A DNA stretch of 64,000 bases, taken from contig NC_052152.1 in assembly GCF_902713615.1 (NCBI RefSeq), positions 52,551,810 through 52,615,809 on the forward strand, read 5' to 3'. Shown in pieces: positions 25,933 to 39,848 of this stretch. This stretch comes from Scyliorhinus canicula. Taxonomy: Eukaryota. Below the pieces are notes generated by a model that searched no databases, was not told the origin of the DNA, and saw only the letters and a program-made list of their open reading frames with translations. Numbering within the stretch: position 1 is the first letter of the stretch; every line of letters starts with the position of its first letter. A program made the position numbers and the translations under genes.

Positions 25933-27029
25933 TAATACATTTTTATATTGATTTCAGAAATGTCAGCTGCGCAGAAGACTGAGTATAAAAGCTTCCTTGT
26001 TCAAAGTCAGATATTTAACTCGGATTTGATGTGTGGGAGTACCTGAGCAATTTACTGTTCGATTTACCGGCACAACAACATCTTCTGTTGAGTGTGGTAA
26101 ATGTGAAATGATGTGCATTCTTTTCAAACTCCTCTCTGTGTCACTGGCTGTCAGGGCAATGGTACAGAATGTAACAGTCAGTGGTAAAAAACACAAGAAG
26201 AAGAATGGGAGCATCAGCATTGAATATTTTCTAGCTGCAAACACAGATTACAATCTGGAGCTAAAAGTCCTTTAATTTTGAGGAAATAATGTACCAGAAT
26301 TATGAGTAACAGCTACAATTATTTGCAGTGCTGGCTTTACTTATTGCCTCTTCAGATAGGCTGCGATACATATTGTGAGATTACACTTTCCGTGATGTTT
26401 CTATTGAGATGTATGTTCTCTATCGGTATTTTTATTGTCTGAACATTAAACGTTAAGCACAAGCTTTCTGTGAACCACTGAGTGACCTAATTTGCAAAGC
26501 AATCTACGATTCATCACAAAGAGATAATAAAGCACCACATGCACTTAAGTTAACATATTGCACACACCCTATAAAATGATCTCATGCTTTAGGTGCAGTA
26601 ACAAAGAAGTTCCTCAGAAACATGTTTTCATGCATATTTGCTTTCTCTGAGAACTCACAGCACACAACTTAGGGATTAAGAAGAAGTATTACACTGACAA
26701 TAGGCTTGGCATTATATAACAGCCAATGCAGGCTTAAAGTGGTCGACACCCTCTTGGCACAGTCTTAGTCTCTGTTGGTCTTAGATGAGGCAACTGAGTG
26801 TAATGCATCCAAGTTTGCTAATGGTGCAAAGTTAGGTGGGGAAGGAGCGATGAGGAGGTTGCAAAGGGATATAGGTGGGTTGGATGATGGTTGGGCAAGT
26901 TTGATGGCTCGAGGCAATGCCAGGTAGATGGAAGTAATGAAGTACAAAGTGCTTTTGACAATTAACAAGGGTAACTGATATACAGGCACTGAATGTGGCC
27001 AGGGGGCAATTATGCAGGACTTCACAGCA

Positions 27030-28480
27030 GACACCCAAGTGTCTCCAAAATGGCCCGGAGCTACATGTTATAGCCTAGCATTGACACGGAGATCGTGAAG
27101 TTAGTGAAACAGTGTACCCGGTGCCAGGAGCACCAGAAGCTCCCTGCTCCCCGGCAGCTCCACTTCAGCCATGGGAGTGGTCTGGCCGGTCATGGTCCCA
27201 CCTCCATGTGGATTTTGAAGGCCTTTTCCAGGGGGCAATGTACCTTTAACAGTAGATGCGCACTCCAAATGGATGGATGTACATCAGATGTCACTACCGA
27301 ACGGCTCCGGTAGAAGACCTTTAGTGTTCACGGACTCTCGGAGATCCTCATATCGGACAATGGCACTGTGTTTACTGGTTTGGATGTGTGGATCTTTTTG
27401 AAGCAAAATGGCGTCCGTCATGTCCGTACCGCGCCTTATTACCCGTCCTCAACTGGGTTGGCAGAACGTACCGTACAGACATTCAAACTGGGGATGAGAA
27501 AACAGACCTCGGGCTCACCAGAAACCCACCTCACCCTCTTTCTATTCTACTGTAGGACCGCGCTGCAAGCTACCAGCGGGGTGATGCCCACGGAGCTTTT
27601 GATGGGTTGTCGTTTGCGCTTGCGATTTAGCCTCGTTTCGCCGGTCTTCAAGGATAGGATCCAAGGCCAAAAAGAACAGACCGGAGCAAAGTGTGCCATG
27701 ATCGTGTGAGAATTCGCCGCTGGCAACTCCATTTATGTCTGGAATTTTACCGAAGGGCCATTATGGATTCTGGGAATGGTTTAAAACCCTCCTGGCCGGT
27801 GTCATACATGGTGCGGGTGCAAGTGAAGGACTCGAAAAGGCACAAGGGCCCTCTTGGGAGCCGGGTGGAACAGGTAACGAGAACTGACCACGGACCCCCA
27901 GCCCGGTGGTATCCCTCCCTCCGGAGCAGTTATCGGTGGTAACTGGCTGGAGCCTGCGACGCGGAAATGCGAGAGATTGACCAATCTGACCAGGAGTCGG
28001 ACATGGAGGTTTTGCCAACAGACTTTGACGCAGGTCCATGGATGACCGAACGAAAGGAAGCGGAAACTCCCAGACATTCGAACCAGGAAGTGATGCACCC
28101 CGGTCCATTATACCCCTCTGGGCCTGGAACGACGGGAGCCAGAAAACCAGCCTTTAGCGAAGAAGGCAAAGGATTCCCCCCCACCTTCCGTCGACATGAG
28201 GGGGGTGGGGGTGGAGGGGCTAGGAAAAGAGTGGTGTTATAGCCCTACAGGAGGCCCAGGGATCTGCAACATCAGAATCCCTGTGGTCTCCGCTGAATAC
28301 AATCTACCCAGATGAAGGGGCGGGGCTAACCCCCCTTCTCCTAGGATGGCTGGGACATAAACACCCCAGCCCAGATATGGATCAGGTGCAGGAGACCCTT
28401 TGGGGAGTAGGAGGGGATGTACAGTAACCAGAAAAATGCCGAACCTTTCCACAGACGTCGCTTCCAAATGGTCACTTACC
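27030..28480 (+). mobile_element. Degenerate Gypsy integrase fragment plus partial 3' LTR
   Basis: HVRTAPYYPSSTGLAERTVQTFK integrase motif, CTRCQEH Zn motif, and a purine tract followed by TGTTATAG at 28235. Confidence 0.75.
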
Positions 28481-31400
28481 TGAGACATTACAGGCAAATT
28501 CACATTCTGGCTCCCAGGTTCACTCTGACCCCGCTTCCCGGGACCCTCATGGGTCAGAGTTCGTGTGCTCCCTGCACGATGGGTCCCGAGCCAGTTGCAT
28601 GGACCGCCAGGGCAAAGGGGCCATGCTACCACATCCCTCCCACCTTAAGTCCCTCAATTAATAAATGGACAAACAGGCTGTAACCAATAATTATATTCAA
28701 TATAAGACTGAGGAAACAAAGGGGAAGAGCGTTCAAACAGTGCATCAGAGCGTGTTAATTTATCAGGAACTTTCCTGGGCCTCAACGATCGTCTTTATTC
28801 CCAAACTGGTTCCTCCAACTCAGAGGTATGAATGTCGTCACAATTAGCAGAATGTTCTTGAGGGTCACACTGGTGCACGATATGTTCAATGTCCTTCTCT
28901 AAGCCAGGCCACATGTTATAGCTACGAGCGAACATTATCATTTTTGTCTGGCCCAGATGGGTTCTATGCAATACTTGCAACAAGGGCTCTCAGACTGGGG
29001 GTGGAACTACCACCTGGGAACCCAAAGTATGACTCCATCCTCACAACTCAGTTTGTTCTTATGAGTAAGTTACAGACTTAATTGGTCAGTTAGTTGTGGT
29101 GCCACCTGGTCAAAATCATGTGTTTTACCTTGGACAGGACTGGGTGTCGTTGTGGCCAATTCTTTATGTGACCAACCAAAACTGGCAAGGTGTCCAAAAC
29201 GTTCAATGCTAAGACACTTTCTGGAGGTATCGATGGGGTGCTATACTCTTTGGAAATAGGAGCTGACTCAATGCATCAGCATTCAAAATCTTTTCCCTGC
29301 CTTTGTTTAAAGATGTAGTCATAGGACAGCATGATGGCGCAGTGGTTAGCACTGCTGCCTCACGGTTCCAAGGACCCGGGTTCGATCCGGGCCCCGGGTC
29401 ACTGTCCATGTGGAGTTTGCACATTCTCCCCGTATCTGCGTGGGCCTCACCCCCACAACCCAAAGATGTGCAGGGTAGGTGGATTGGCCACGCTAAATTG
29501 CCCCTTAATTGGTAAAAAATGAATTGGGTACTCTAAATTGAAAAAAATAGAAAGTTGTAGTCATAGGCCACCAGCAATAATGCCCACCATTATACTCTGG
29601 CCGGGGCAATTGGTGGTATTGACTTATCTTGAGGAAGGAGCCCGAGCAGGGGCTTATGGTCCTTTATTAACTTAAAACGTTGGCATTAAACATGCTGGTG
29701 AATTCCTTGACTCTGTAGATTATGACAAGGTCTTCCTTCTCAATTTGCACGTATTTATGCTCAGCATCAGAAAACATTCCTTAGGCAAAGGTAGTTGTCC
29801 TCGCTGAGCTGACCTCCATTGTATGAGAAGTGCCCCTATCCCTTACAGCAAAGCATCGCAGGCACAAATGATGGGTTTTCTTGGGTCAAAATGAACCAGT
29901 CGGCTCAAAGGTTGCAAGACCTGCAAGAGCATAAGCAATTGCGCCAATTTCGTTGTGAGATTTGGAATAAAACTACCATAATGGTTTTCCATCCCTAAGA
30001 AGGACTTTTAACTCTGTTACGTTCTTAGGTGGCAGTCCTTTTCCTATGGCTCTCACCTTGACTTCAGGTTGGTGCAGGCCCTTTGAACCCTAAGTAAGTG
30101 ACCTCACTCGCTTTGGAAAGTGCACTTTTTACATTTGAAATGGATTCCCGCATCTCTCAATCTTCTCAACACCTCTTTGAAAACTTGCTAGATGCTCCTC
30201 CTATGATGGTCCCGTTATTAGGACTTCACCCACATAGACCTGAACCTTTACGATGCCTTGAAGGAGATTCTCCATTTTGCAGCTCTTGGAATATTTAAAA
30301 CTTGCTGGTTTATTTTGCACAGGCCAAGGAGATGCCAAAAGTGTATTGGAATAGACCTTTGTGCATGTTAATTATTGCAAACATTCAGGAATCCTCATCT
30401 AGCTCCAGTTGCAAGTACACATGACTGAAGTCGAGTTTGCATGTGAGGCTCTCCGCCAACTTTACATAATGGTGTTAATTTTTTAGAATTGGGTATTTAC
30501 TTGGGCTGTTTGGTTTATTGTAAGCTTGTAGTCCCTGCAAATCCTAACTGAGCGGTCGGCTTTAATACAGGAACGATGCGGGCTGCCCACTTTGAAAACT
30601 GCACAGGTGTGATTGCTCCAAGTTCTTCCAGGCATTTAAGTTCGGCTTACACTTTTTGATGCAAGGCATTAAGACTGGTCTTGCACTAAAAAACTTGGGT
30701 GTTAAGTCTGGGTTGACATAAATCTTGGCCTTCACTCACTTTATTTGATCCAAATCGTTCTGAAACACGTCTTTGTATCTGTTGAAGACTTTCTGAAAGA
30801 TGCTGTCCGAGGTTTAAAAAATGTCCAACCAATTTAACATGATTTGGCGCAATCAATCTCACCCCATCAGACTTGGTTGATGCAATAATTATAACACTAA
30901 TTTTTATTAGTATCACAAGTAGGCTTACATTAACACTGCAATAAAGTTACTGTGAAAATCCCTTAGTCGCCACGCTATGGCGCCTGTTCATACACCGAGG
31001 GAGAATTCAGAATGTCCAATTCACCTAACAAGCACGTCTTTCTGGACTTGTGAGAGGAAACCGGAGCACCAGGATCGCCTGGGCGATCTCAATCGTCCTG
31101 TCCAGGGTAGTCTTCATTTTCAGTCAGCCATTTCTTCTGCACACTTTTTGTGTTAATAATGCAAAGTTAACTATCACGCAATATGTTGCCCACATAGAAA
31201 CACAGAAAATAGGGACAGAATGAGCCATTCAGCTCTTTGAAACTGCTCCGCGATTCATTATGATCGTGGCTGATCATCCAACTCAATAGCCTGATCCTGC
31301 CTTCTCCCCATATACTTTGACCCCCTTTCCACCAAGTGCTATGTCTAACATACAGGGCGCAATCTGACAGAAAATTTTCAAAGTGTGATAGCAAGCGGGA

Positions 31401-32500
31401 ACAGTCGGGTGTTTCCTGACGGTCGACCCAGCGAGGTGTCACCAATATCTAATGTTAATTAGGGCATTTAATGATGCCCCACGGGCCTCATTCCGGAAAA
31501 GACTGTCCTGCCAGCTGGCCCGTGTTTGGCAGCTCCTCGCTACGGAGGGGGAGGAGCCCTTAAACCAATCCCGCAGACAGCACGCAGCCATGCCACCGCG
31601 CAGAACCAGACCCACGATTCGGAGATGCCAGACTGTTGCACGAGGTGAAGTCCAGACCGGATACCCTGTTTCCCCGAGGGGTTGGAGGATCAGCCACTGG
31701 GCAACCAGCGCCACCTGGCAGGCAGTGGCAGCGGCTGTCAGCATGGGGGGGTTTTACTAGAGCACTGGGAGGAAACCCACGCAGACAGGGGATAACATGC
31801 AGACTCTGCACAGACAGTGACCCAAGCCAAGGAATCGAACCCAGGGCCCTGGCACTGTAAAGCAATGGTGCTAACCACTGTGCTGCCATGCCACCCCTGA
31901 CAATGATCATAGGTCATTCGATGACCCCTGACAATGACTATAGGTAACTGGGCATCTCGTTGCTGATATGACACTGGAGTCATAGTTGTTCCCAAGGTCT
32001 CTCCCATATATGTTGCCAACTTGGTTGTTGTCTCACACAAGTTCAAAGACCTCCTCGAAGATATTTAAATGCCACTCACTGCTACAAGAAGCTCAACGTG
32101 CTCCACCGGGTCACAAATATGAGTTGGTTTCGGCTCCGGCACTGGTCCCACCTGCCACAGACCCCCCTCCCGAGGACATCTTCCCCCATTGCCCTGACTT
32201 CCACCCTGTTACCCTCTAATCCCCCAAGCCACAAACCAACATTCCCTGCTATTTCTCAGGATGCCAGTCAGTGAGAAGGGGGACCCTGCCCGGCACACGG
32301 ATCCCCGGCCACAGCAGGGACCTCTGGGCACTGAATCTCACACCCTAGACACCAAACCCCCGCCAGGTACAGAACTGGGACAGGCCCCAGGTACACACTC
32401 AATCCACACTCTGATCATGGGGGTGTCCCCAGTGCTGTGGCCTAGCTCTTTGGTGTATGGTTGTTGGCTGCTGCTCCTGCGGTTGTGCAGCCTTTAATGT
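28480..32500 (-). mobile_element. Degenerate Gypsy element (pol and gag/PR fragments) interrupted by SINEs and a Harbinger fragment
   Basis: LHRTHLGQTKM..ARSYNMWPGLEKDIEHIVHQC integrase Zn domain, RT/RH remnants, and PPT plus TGTGGTAG LTR start at 28628 on the minus strand. Confidence 0.7.
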
Positions 32501-33624
32501 TCAGGTAATGTGTCCAGGTCACAAAGTCTGAAGGGGTGCCACGCAGTAACACCTGCCTGCAACACGGCATGTCTACCCACAGGTATCCACTTGTGAGCTA
32601 TGAAGTGCTCCTATTACTGACATTGCCAATTCTCGATTGGCGATATCCTTCGGCTGTGCGGCCAGAGGCCGGCACGGTCGGTGGGGGTTAGAGTGACCTG
32701 CACCAGACTATCACGGATGAGAGTCTGTATTGGAGGTGTTCGGTGGGATGGACAGGTAGAAGCTGAGTTCGCCCCTGGTATGGGTGTACACAATCCGGGG
32801 GGTGACATGTCAGACCCACGGGCACTAAGCCCCCTGTCCCCCAGCCCGGTGGCGGCTAATACCCTTGACGGGTCCTGACCCCCCCCACCCTGAACCGGAG
32901 ACTACCCAGTGGCCCCCGGGCTGAGTGCCCATTTACCAAGATAGCTACCCACCTCCATAGCAGCCATTTCGATAGCTTCACAATTTTAAATAGGTGTGCT
33001 AAACGGCACCCACATGACTGCAGTTAGATCACGGGTGGCCGTTAGATAGAGGGTCCTTGCTGCTAATCGGATGAAGATTGGCTTCAATTGGTGATTATTC
33101 ATTTCTCGCCACATTCATCGCCATCTTGCCAACGGGAGTGGGCCAGTTAGATCGGAAACTGATTGGCACCTGGCACGCTTCCCAATTAATAATAATAATA
33201 ATTGCTTATTGTCACAAGTAGGCTTCAATTAAGTTACTGTGAAAAGCCCGTAGTTGCCACATTCCGGAGCCTGTTCGGGAGGCCGGTACGGGAATTGAAC
33301 CCGCGCTGCTGCCTTGTTCTGCATTACAAGCTAGCTGTTCAGCCCACTGTGCTAAACCAGCCCCGATTTCAGACTCCCCCATGATCTAATTGTTTATCCT
33401 TCTCCATTATTTCATTTGCCCTGAAGAAGTAATGGAATTGCTCAGTATATTGATTCCAGTCTTCGGCCCCCTGGTCGAATGGGTCTATTTTCCCAATCAC
33501 GGGCATTTTTCACTCACTGTTCTCTGGTACTGTCGACCTTTTCCAACTCTATGTGTGTCTTGGAGGCTTTCCTCCCCTCTACGAATTTGACGTCTGTGAC
33601 TTGGGGTTGATCCAGTTTATACTT

Positions 33625-34235
33625 GTCACCAATGTGGTGTCTCAAGGCAATACCAGGTAGATAGTAAGTGTTTATTGGCAACTAACAAGGGTAACACATG
33701 TACAGGCACCAAATCTGTAATATAAGTGTTAAGATGCTGAATCACGGGTTCAGTCTGACAAGAACCCCACTCCTTGGGACCTGTACTAATCCCTCATGGG
33801 TCAGGGTTTGCGCTTCCAGTTTGCGGGGGTAGTGCAGCATAGTGATTAGCACAGTTGCTTCACAGCTCCAGGTCCCAGGTTCGATTCCCGGCTTGGGTCA
33901 CAGTCTGTGCAGCGTCTGCATGTTCTCCCCATGTCTATGTGGGTTTCCTCCGAGTTCTCCGGTTTCCTCCCACAGCCCAAAGACGTGCAGGTTAGGTGGA
34001 TTGGCCAAACAGATTGGGTGGAGTTACTGGGTTACTGGGTTATGGGAATAGAGTGATAGTGTGGGCTTGCATAGGGTGCTCTTTCCAATGGCCGGTGCAT
34101 ACTCGATGGGCCGAATGGCCTCCTTCTGCCTTGTAAAATCTATGATTCTGATGCTGTGATTCCTCACGATGGGCCCTGGGCCAGTCATGTGGACCGTGAG
34201 GGCACGTCCCTTAAAGGGGTCACGCGACTACAACA
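33625..34235 (-). mobile_element. LTR-like sequence interrupted by a SINE
   Basis: TG...CA ends and similarity to the LTR-like fragments at 26910-26995 and 28540-28628. Confidence 0.45.
33833..34150 (+). mobile_element. V-SINE with a CR1-type tail
   Basis: Same family as 2302-2640. Confidence 0.85.
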
Positions 34236-34239
34236 AGAA

Positions 34240-35165
34240 CATGGCAGATGGGTATAATGTGGTGAAGTGTGGAGTTATCCACTTTGATCGCTAAAATAAA
34301 AAAAAATATTTTTTGAATGTTTAAAGACTGGAAAACGTTTGCATTCAGAGTGGCCTCGGTGCCTTTGTCCATGAATCAAAGAAGGTTAACATGCAGGCAG
34401 AGCAAGCAATTTATATGTTAGTTTGTTACAAAGGGATTGGAATACAAGAATTATAAAGTCTTACTACAAATATCTAGGGCATTGGTGGAAACACGGTTGG
34501 AATACTGTACGCAGCTTTGATTGCCTTACCAAAGGAATGACACATTTTCCCTCAATGAAAATGAAAATGAAAATCACTTATTGTCACGAGTAGGTTTCAA
34601 TGAAGTTACTGTGAAAAGCCCCTAGTCGCCACATTCCGGCGCCTGTCCGGGAGGCTGGAACGGGAATCAAACCGTGCTGCTGGCCTGCTTGGTCTGCTTT
34701 CAAAGCCAGCGATTTAGCCTGGTGAGCTAAACCAGCCCCTGGTGCAATTAAGGTTCACTGAACTAATTCATTGGATGAGGGGTTTGTCCTATAAGGAGGG
34801 ATTGAGTAGGCGAGGCCTTATATTCTGAGGTGATCTAATTGAAACATATAAAATTCTTAAGGAGCTTGACAAGGTGGATGCTGAAAAAATGTTTCCTCTT
34901 GCTGGTGAATTTAGAACACTGGTTCAGCCTCAGAATAAGTACTGAGGTGAGTAGAAATTGCTTCACTCAAAGGATTGTTAATCTTCAGAACTCTCTATAC
35001 CAAAGCTGTGAATACTTGGGGCGTGAGGGAATTAAGGGAGCTAGGGACAGTGCAGGAAAGTGGAGTTAAGTGGTAGGTTAACCATGATCATACTGAAGAG
35101 CCGGGTCAAAGGTCCTGATGGCCTCCTCCATTTTGTTAAACATAACATACTTTTATGTTTATGTA
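34240..35165 (+). mobile_element. Degenerate CR1-type LINE 3' fragment containing a SINE
   Basis: RT C-terminal remnants (GDLIETYKIL) and a CR1-like tail. Confidence 0.7.
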
Positions 35166-35415
35166 TCAGTCTGAGACAGTCTAGACCTGAGTGTAATAAA
35201 GTTTCAAGTTTCCACCACCACTTCCTTCTCTTTAACAGAAATGAAATGAGGAACTTGGGCATGTGGTAGGATCAAACTATGTGAACTATTGAACGCATCA
35301 ATAGGGTTTGATGTTGCTACTCCACAATTTTCTGGTAGTACTCACTATCTTTTATGAATCTATACAGTTTTGCTATTCTCTAAACATAATTTACTATGAA
35401 AAATTATACATAACA

Positions 35416-36138
35416 GGTGCGAATCAGTGACCCCATTGCCCCCCTTGTGGATCTGGGTACAATAGATGAATCGCGAGGGAGCCTCAAATCGGGTTTTGCA
35501 CCGGGCGCCGGGCCAATCAGAGTCACCCTCCCTGGGCGAGATCCTGAACTAAATTTTTTAATGAGCTGGATTCACTGGGGCTCATCGGCCAGGCCTGGAA
35601 GATCTCGTCAGGGCACCATTTAGTACTGGACCACACAAACATGAACCAGGCATAAAGGCACATGGAGGGGTCTCCTAGGTGATTGAAGACCTCTGGGTGG
35701 ATGGGGGCAGGGCAGGATGGCACTCCCCCGGGCACCTTGGCACTGCCAGCCTGGCACCATGGCAGTGCAACCCTGCCACTGCCAGGGTGCCCGGGTGCCA
35801 CTGGCAGGGTGGCAGGCTGACAGCGCCAGGTTGACACTGCCAGGGGTCGGGTGGCTTTGCCAGGTAGAGGGTTGGGAGGTTGTCGGGGCTTCCCCTGGGG
35901 GAAGTGAGAGGGGTCAAATGACATGGGGGGAGGACCTGAAAGGGTGGAGGGGGGAAAGATTGGCGCTGCCACAAAATGGTGCCCTGATCTGAACTCGCCA
36001 GCAGGAAATCCCTCTAAGTGCGGCCTGGATAAAAAAAACAGCAAAGTGCCGTTGGATAGCAAAGTGTTTCTCGGTGCTGTAACCGCTGAGAAACACCCAC
36101 TAAATGTGTCTGGGTCCTGGGTCTGCTGAATCGTGCCC
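35416..36138. mobile_element. Harbinger-type non-autonomous element
   Basis: Degenerate TIRs GGTGCGAATCAG / CTGAATCGTGCCC and internal TGGCACTGCCA repeats shared with 20400-20580. Confidence 0.6.
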
Positions 36139-36432
36139 TATATGTTCCTTCTGCATGATAGTACTACTGTGCTGCTCCTGGTATAACCATGTTTGGTTGT
36201 GAATCTGCTACAATATCATGATGATTGATTCTTGTTTTTTTCCAACCTTGGTAGTATATCCTGAAATATCAATTCTTTGTTATTTTGTCAGTGACGTGGA
36301 TTGCCAAAAATTGATCGCCCCACATATTAGGAAGTTTCAACCCGTCTTAAAGTCTGATGAGGATTGAGGGAATTCAAATGACCACAAGAACCACAAAACA
36401 GCTTTACTGAAGAAATGGACAAGTGCACTTGC

Positions 36433-36810
36433 CTGCCAGAGTCATCATGGCTCGGTACGACCCATGGTATACACGGTCCATGTTGGGGGTGTGACACTCA
36501 TATTTCCCTTCATCTGTTTTCTGCAGCTTTGTAATGTGTAACAGCACCGAGTCTGCTTTAATCCTCTGTATATAGATCTCATTATTCTGCACCCTCTTAC
36601 TATACGCGGCATAAGGGAAATCGGAACTAGCTGTGCTGATAATCTGGATTTTCAGTGAAGGCTGATCTGGTTGAAAGATAGACCACTCGAAGTTCTGCAC
36701 TTGTGATTCCTGATATCCACTCACATTGCACTGGATGGTTATATGGTATCCTTCAGTCCGGACAAGTGGGCCCCTTTGTGTTTGCACTTGTCTCTGAGCA
36801 ACAGACAGAT
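36433..36810 (-). CDS. IGSF3: IGSF3-like gene, coding exon 2 (IgV domain 1)
   Basis: Acceptor ...ttgatgcag|ATCTG; 378 nt, phase 1-1. Translation QRQVQTQRGPLVRTEGYHITIQCNVSGYQ...FEWS...DEGKYECHTP...GSY closely resembles IGSF3 domain 1 as I recall it. The donor is CAG|GCAAGT (GC type). Confidence 0.92.
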
Positions 36811-37799
36811 CTGCATCAAGGTATAAACAAATGCTTTATTTAATGTGTATACACCAACCTCTTCTGAAAAGACACACGCCCAATAAAAATAGAAAGAGTA
36901 CAGAAACATCAATGCTGTTGAGTGAGCAAAGCCAGATTTCCCGTGGAACTAAGGAAGAGCGAAATGAAATGAAAATCGCTTATTGTCACAAGTAGGCTTC
37001 AAATGAAGTTTGAAGGAGGCTGGTACGGGTATTGAACCCACGCTGCTGGCTTGCCATGGTCTGCTTTAAAAGCCAGCTATTTAGCCCTGTGCTAAACCAG
37101 CCCCTTGATTGGTTTGGCTCAGTTGGCTGGACCACTGGTTTGTGATGCAGAGCGGGGCCAACAGCGTGGGTTCAATTCCCGCAATGGCTGAGGTTTTTCA
37201 TGAAGGACCTGTGTTCTCAATCTTGGCCTCACCTCAGGTGTCGTGATCCTGACGTGAAATCGCCACCAGTCGGAGGGCAGCACGGTGGCACAGTGGTTAG
37301 CACTGCTGCTTCACGGCGCTGAGGACCGGGGTTCAATCACGGCTCTGGGTCACTGCCTGTGTGGAGTTTGCATATTCTCCCCATGTCTGCGTGGGCCTCA
37401 TCCCACAACCCAAAGGTGTGCAGGGTAGGTGGATTGTCCATGCTAAATTGTCCCTTGATTGGAAAAAACGAATTGGGTACTCTAAATTTATTTTTAAAAT
37501 CACAACCAGTCAGCTCGCCCCTTAAAGGGGAAAGCAGCCCATGGTCATCTGGGACTATAGAAACTTTACTAACTTACTTTATCACCTTATAAAGGGCAGA
37601 AAATCAGGAGGCAGCAATTTGATAGAGTCAATACAGTGAGGAACTCTTGGCTCTGCATTTTACTTCATTGCACCACCTGAAACTGGATGGTATATTAAGA
37701 TGACAAGGCGTACGTGGTTATATATTTTGTCCTTATGAGAAGGAACATAAAATGTGTTAAATTGTGACCTCCTTCCAGAGATGGGTCGATGCTACCTCC

Positions 37800-38125
37800 A
37801 GTATTGAGGCCTTTGCTGTTTGTGGTTTATATAAATGATTTAGATATGAATGTGGGAGAGTTGATCAGTAAGTTTGCGAATGATTTGTAAATTGGTGGGG
37901 TGATAAATAGTGAGGATGCTAGCCTTCGATTGCAGGAGGACGTAGACAGGCAGGCTAGATGGGCTGATCAGTGGCAAATGGAACTCAATCCGTATAAGTG
38001 ACAGGTGATGCACTTGGGCAGGACAAACAATGCAAGGGAATGCATGGTACACGGCAGGATTGTGGGAAGCATCAAGGATAAGAGGCGTCTTGATGTGCAT
38101 GTACACTGGTCCCTTAAGGGAGCAG
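37800..38125 (+). mobile_element. CR1-type LINE RT fragment
   Basis: YINDLD...ISKFA...LQEDVD..WADQWQM remnants. Confidence 0.7.
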
Positions 38126-38329
38126 AGCAGGAGAGTACAGTGGTTAAGTGGTTAGCACTACTGCCTCACGGCGCCGAGGACACGGGTACGTTCCTGGCCC
38201 CGAGTCACTGTCTGTGTGGAGTTTGCACATTCTCCCCATGTCTGCGTGGGTCTCACCCCCACAACCCAAATATGTGCAGGGTAGGTAGATTGGTCACGCT
38301 AAATTGCCCCTTCATTGGAAAAAAGGGGC

Positions 38330-39179
38330 CGGGGCATCGGAGGCCACTGGATGAGGTAGGCATCTGGCTGCCTTCACCTCAGATGTGCATCCTGGGAAAC
38401 ACCTGGATGTATAGAAGAGCTAGGAGGGCCAGGCACATTGAGGATCACTGAGGGCACCAGGGGAGGGGGGTAGGTAGGGGGTAGGAAGGGGTGGTGGTTG
38501 GGGGTTGAGGGGTGGGGGGCGGCACCACCTGGAGTAGGGTACTGTGCAGCACATTAATCTCCTTTTTCGCAACCATTATGATGCCTCTGACACTTTCTTC
38601 CACAATGCGCGCTGACCCCGGCCCCTTTGCCCATCTCTTCAGGCAGCCCGCCCTCCCCATTGTGCTCACCCACCCTCTGGCTGTGGATATGTCCCCGGAG
38701 CTGTGTCCCATTCCCTGGGTGTTTGGTGTTGCGTGTGTGGTGTTGAGTCCTGCAGTGTTCAAGCACGTGTCCAGGCATCAAGGATTGATTGGGATGCTAG
38801 GCAATGACTCCCACATGCTACATGGCCCACCCACCCAAGGGAATCCACTTGGCTCCCCACAGAAGCCCTTCCACAAGGTTCACGTTTTTCAAAAGGAGTA
38901 CTAATCGACGCCAGCGTGAACACTTGCTGGGGAGACCGCTGAATGACAAGAGGCTGTAGGATATGGGGTGGCTCTTATTCATTGTATGGAAATAGGGCTT
39001 AACCGGTGATAATTGGTGTCTCACCACACTACGGTGAGATTCAGATTTTGCCTACGGGAGCGGGCTGGTTGCATCACAAACTGTTTGGCAGCTGGCGGGA
39101 ATCTCATTTTTGGCCTCTCCCGCTATTTACCAGCCTTGTTACGCTTGAGCGAGGGCGCAACAATCGGAGAATCATGCCC
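38330..39179. mobile_element. Harbinger-type element right arm
   Basis: Ends in GGAGAATCATGCCC; GC-rich subterminal sequence like the other copies. Confidence 0.55.
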
Positions 39180-39848
39180 TATGACTTTATACACATATTC
39201 ATGCTGGTATCATAGTGTTCAATGCACAAAATAACCTATGTGTAATGCTACCATATAACCAGAAACTGGGCAATGTCAGTATATTGTTTAAATGTGGACT
39301 GATCTCTGGTTTATATAATCTTAGGGATAATTTTTTTTAAGCATACAGTCAAATTATTCTCGAGGTGTATCCTGGAATTTTACTTTGATGTTAATATTGA
39401 CTTTACGTATTTGTGATCTATCACACCTAATTTCTTTCTTGCTTCTTTGATAAAATGCACCAATTTAGTTTTGTTTTTATGGTGGCTCCTACTAGTTTCA
39501 CAAGCATCCACCTAGCTTTCACCAATCAGTTGCGTACAAGTTCTCAATACATGTAAATGTAACGTTGCTGTAAAACTTACTTTTTCATGTTCATTGCTAT
39601 TAATTGTCTAAAAATATGACTTCCCTTTGAACTACATTGGATTGATATAGATATATATTTCATTAACAGAGTGTCACAAAGTCGTGGCATGATGTTAAGA
39701 ACAGAAATATATGTTGATAAAATTTGGACTGCAGCTCATTCAAATCTATCGGTTTACACCCATTAAAGTTGAATTGCAGTGGAAATAGTTAAGTGTTAAG
39801 CCAAAAGGTTGATGTAAGGCAGCTGATAAGCAAATAAGAAGCACTTAC

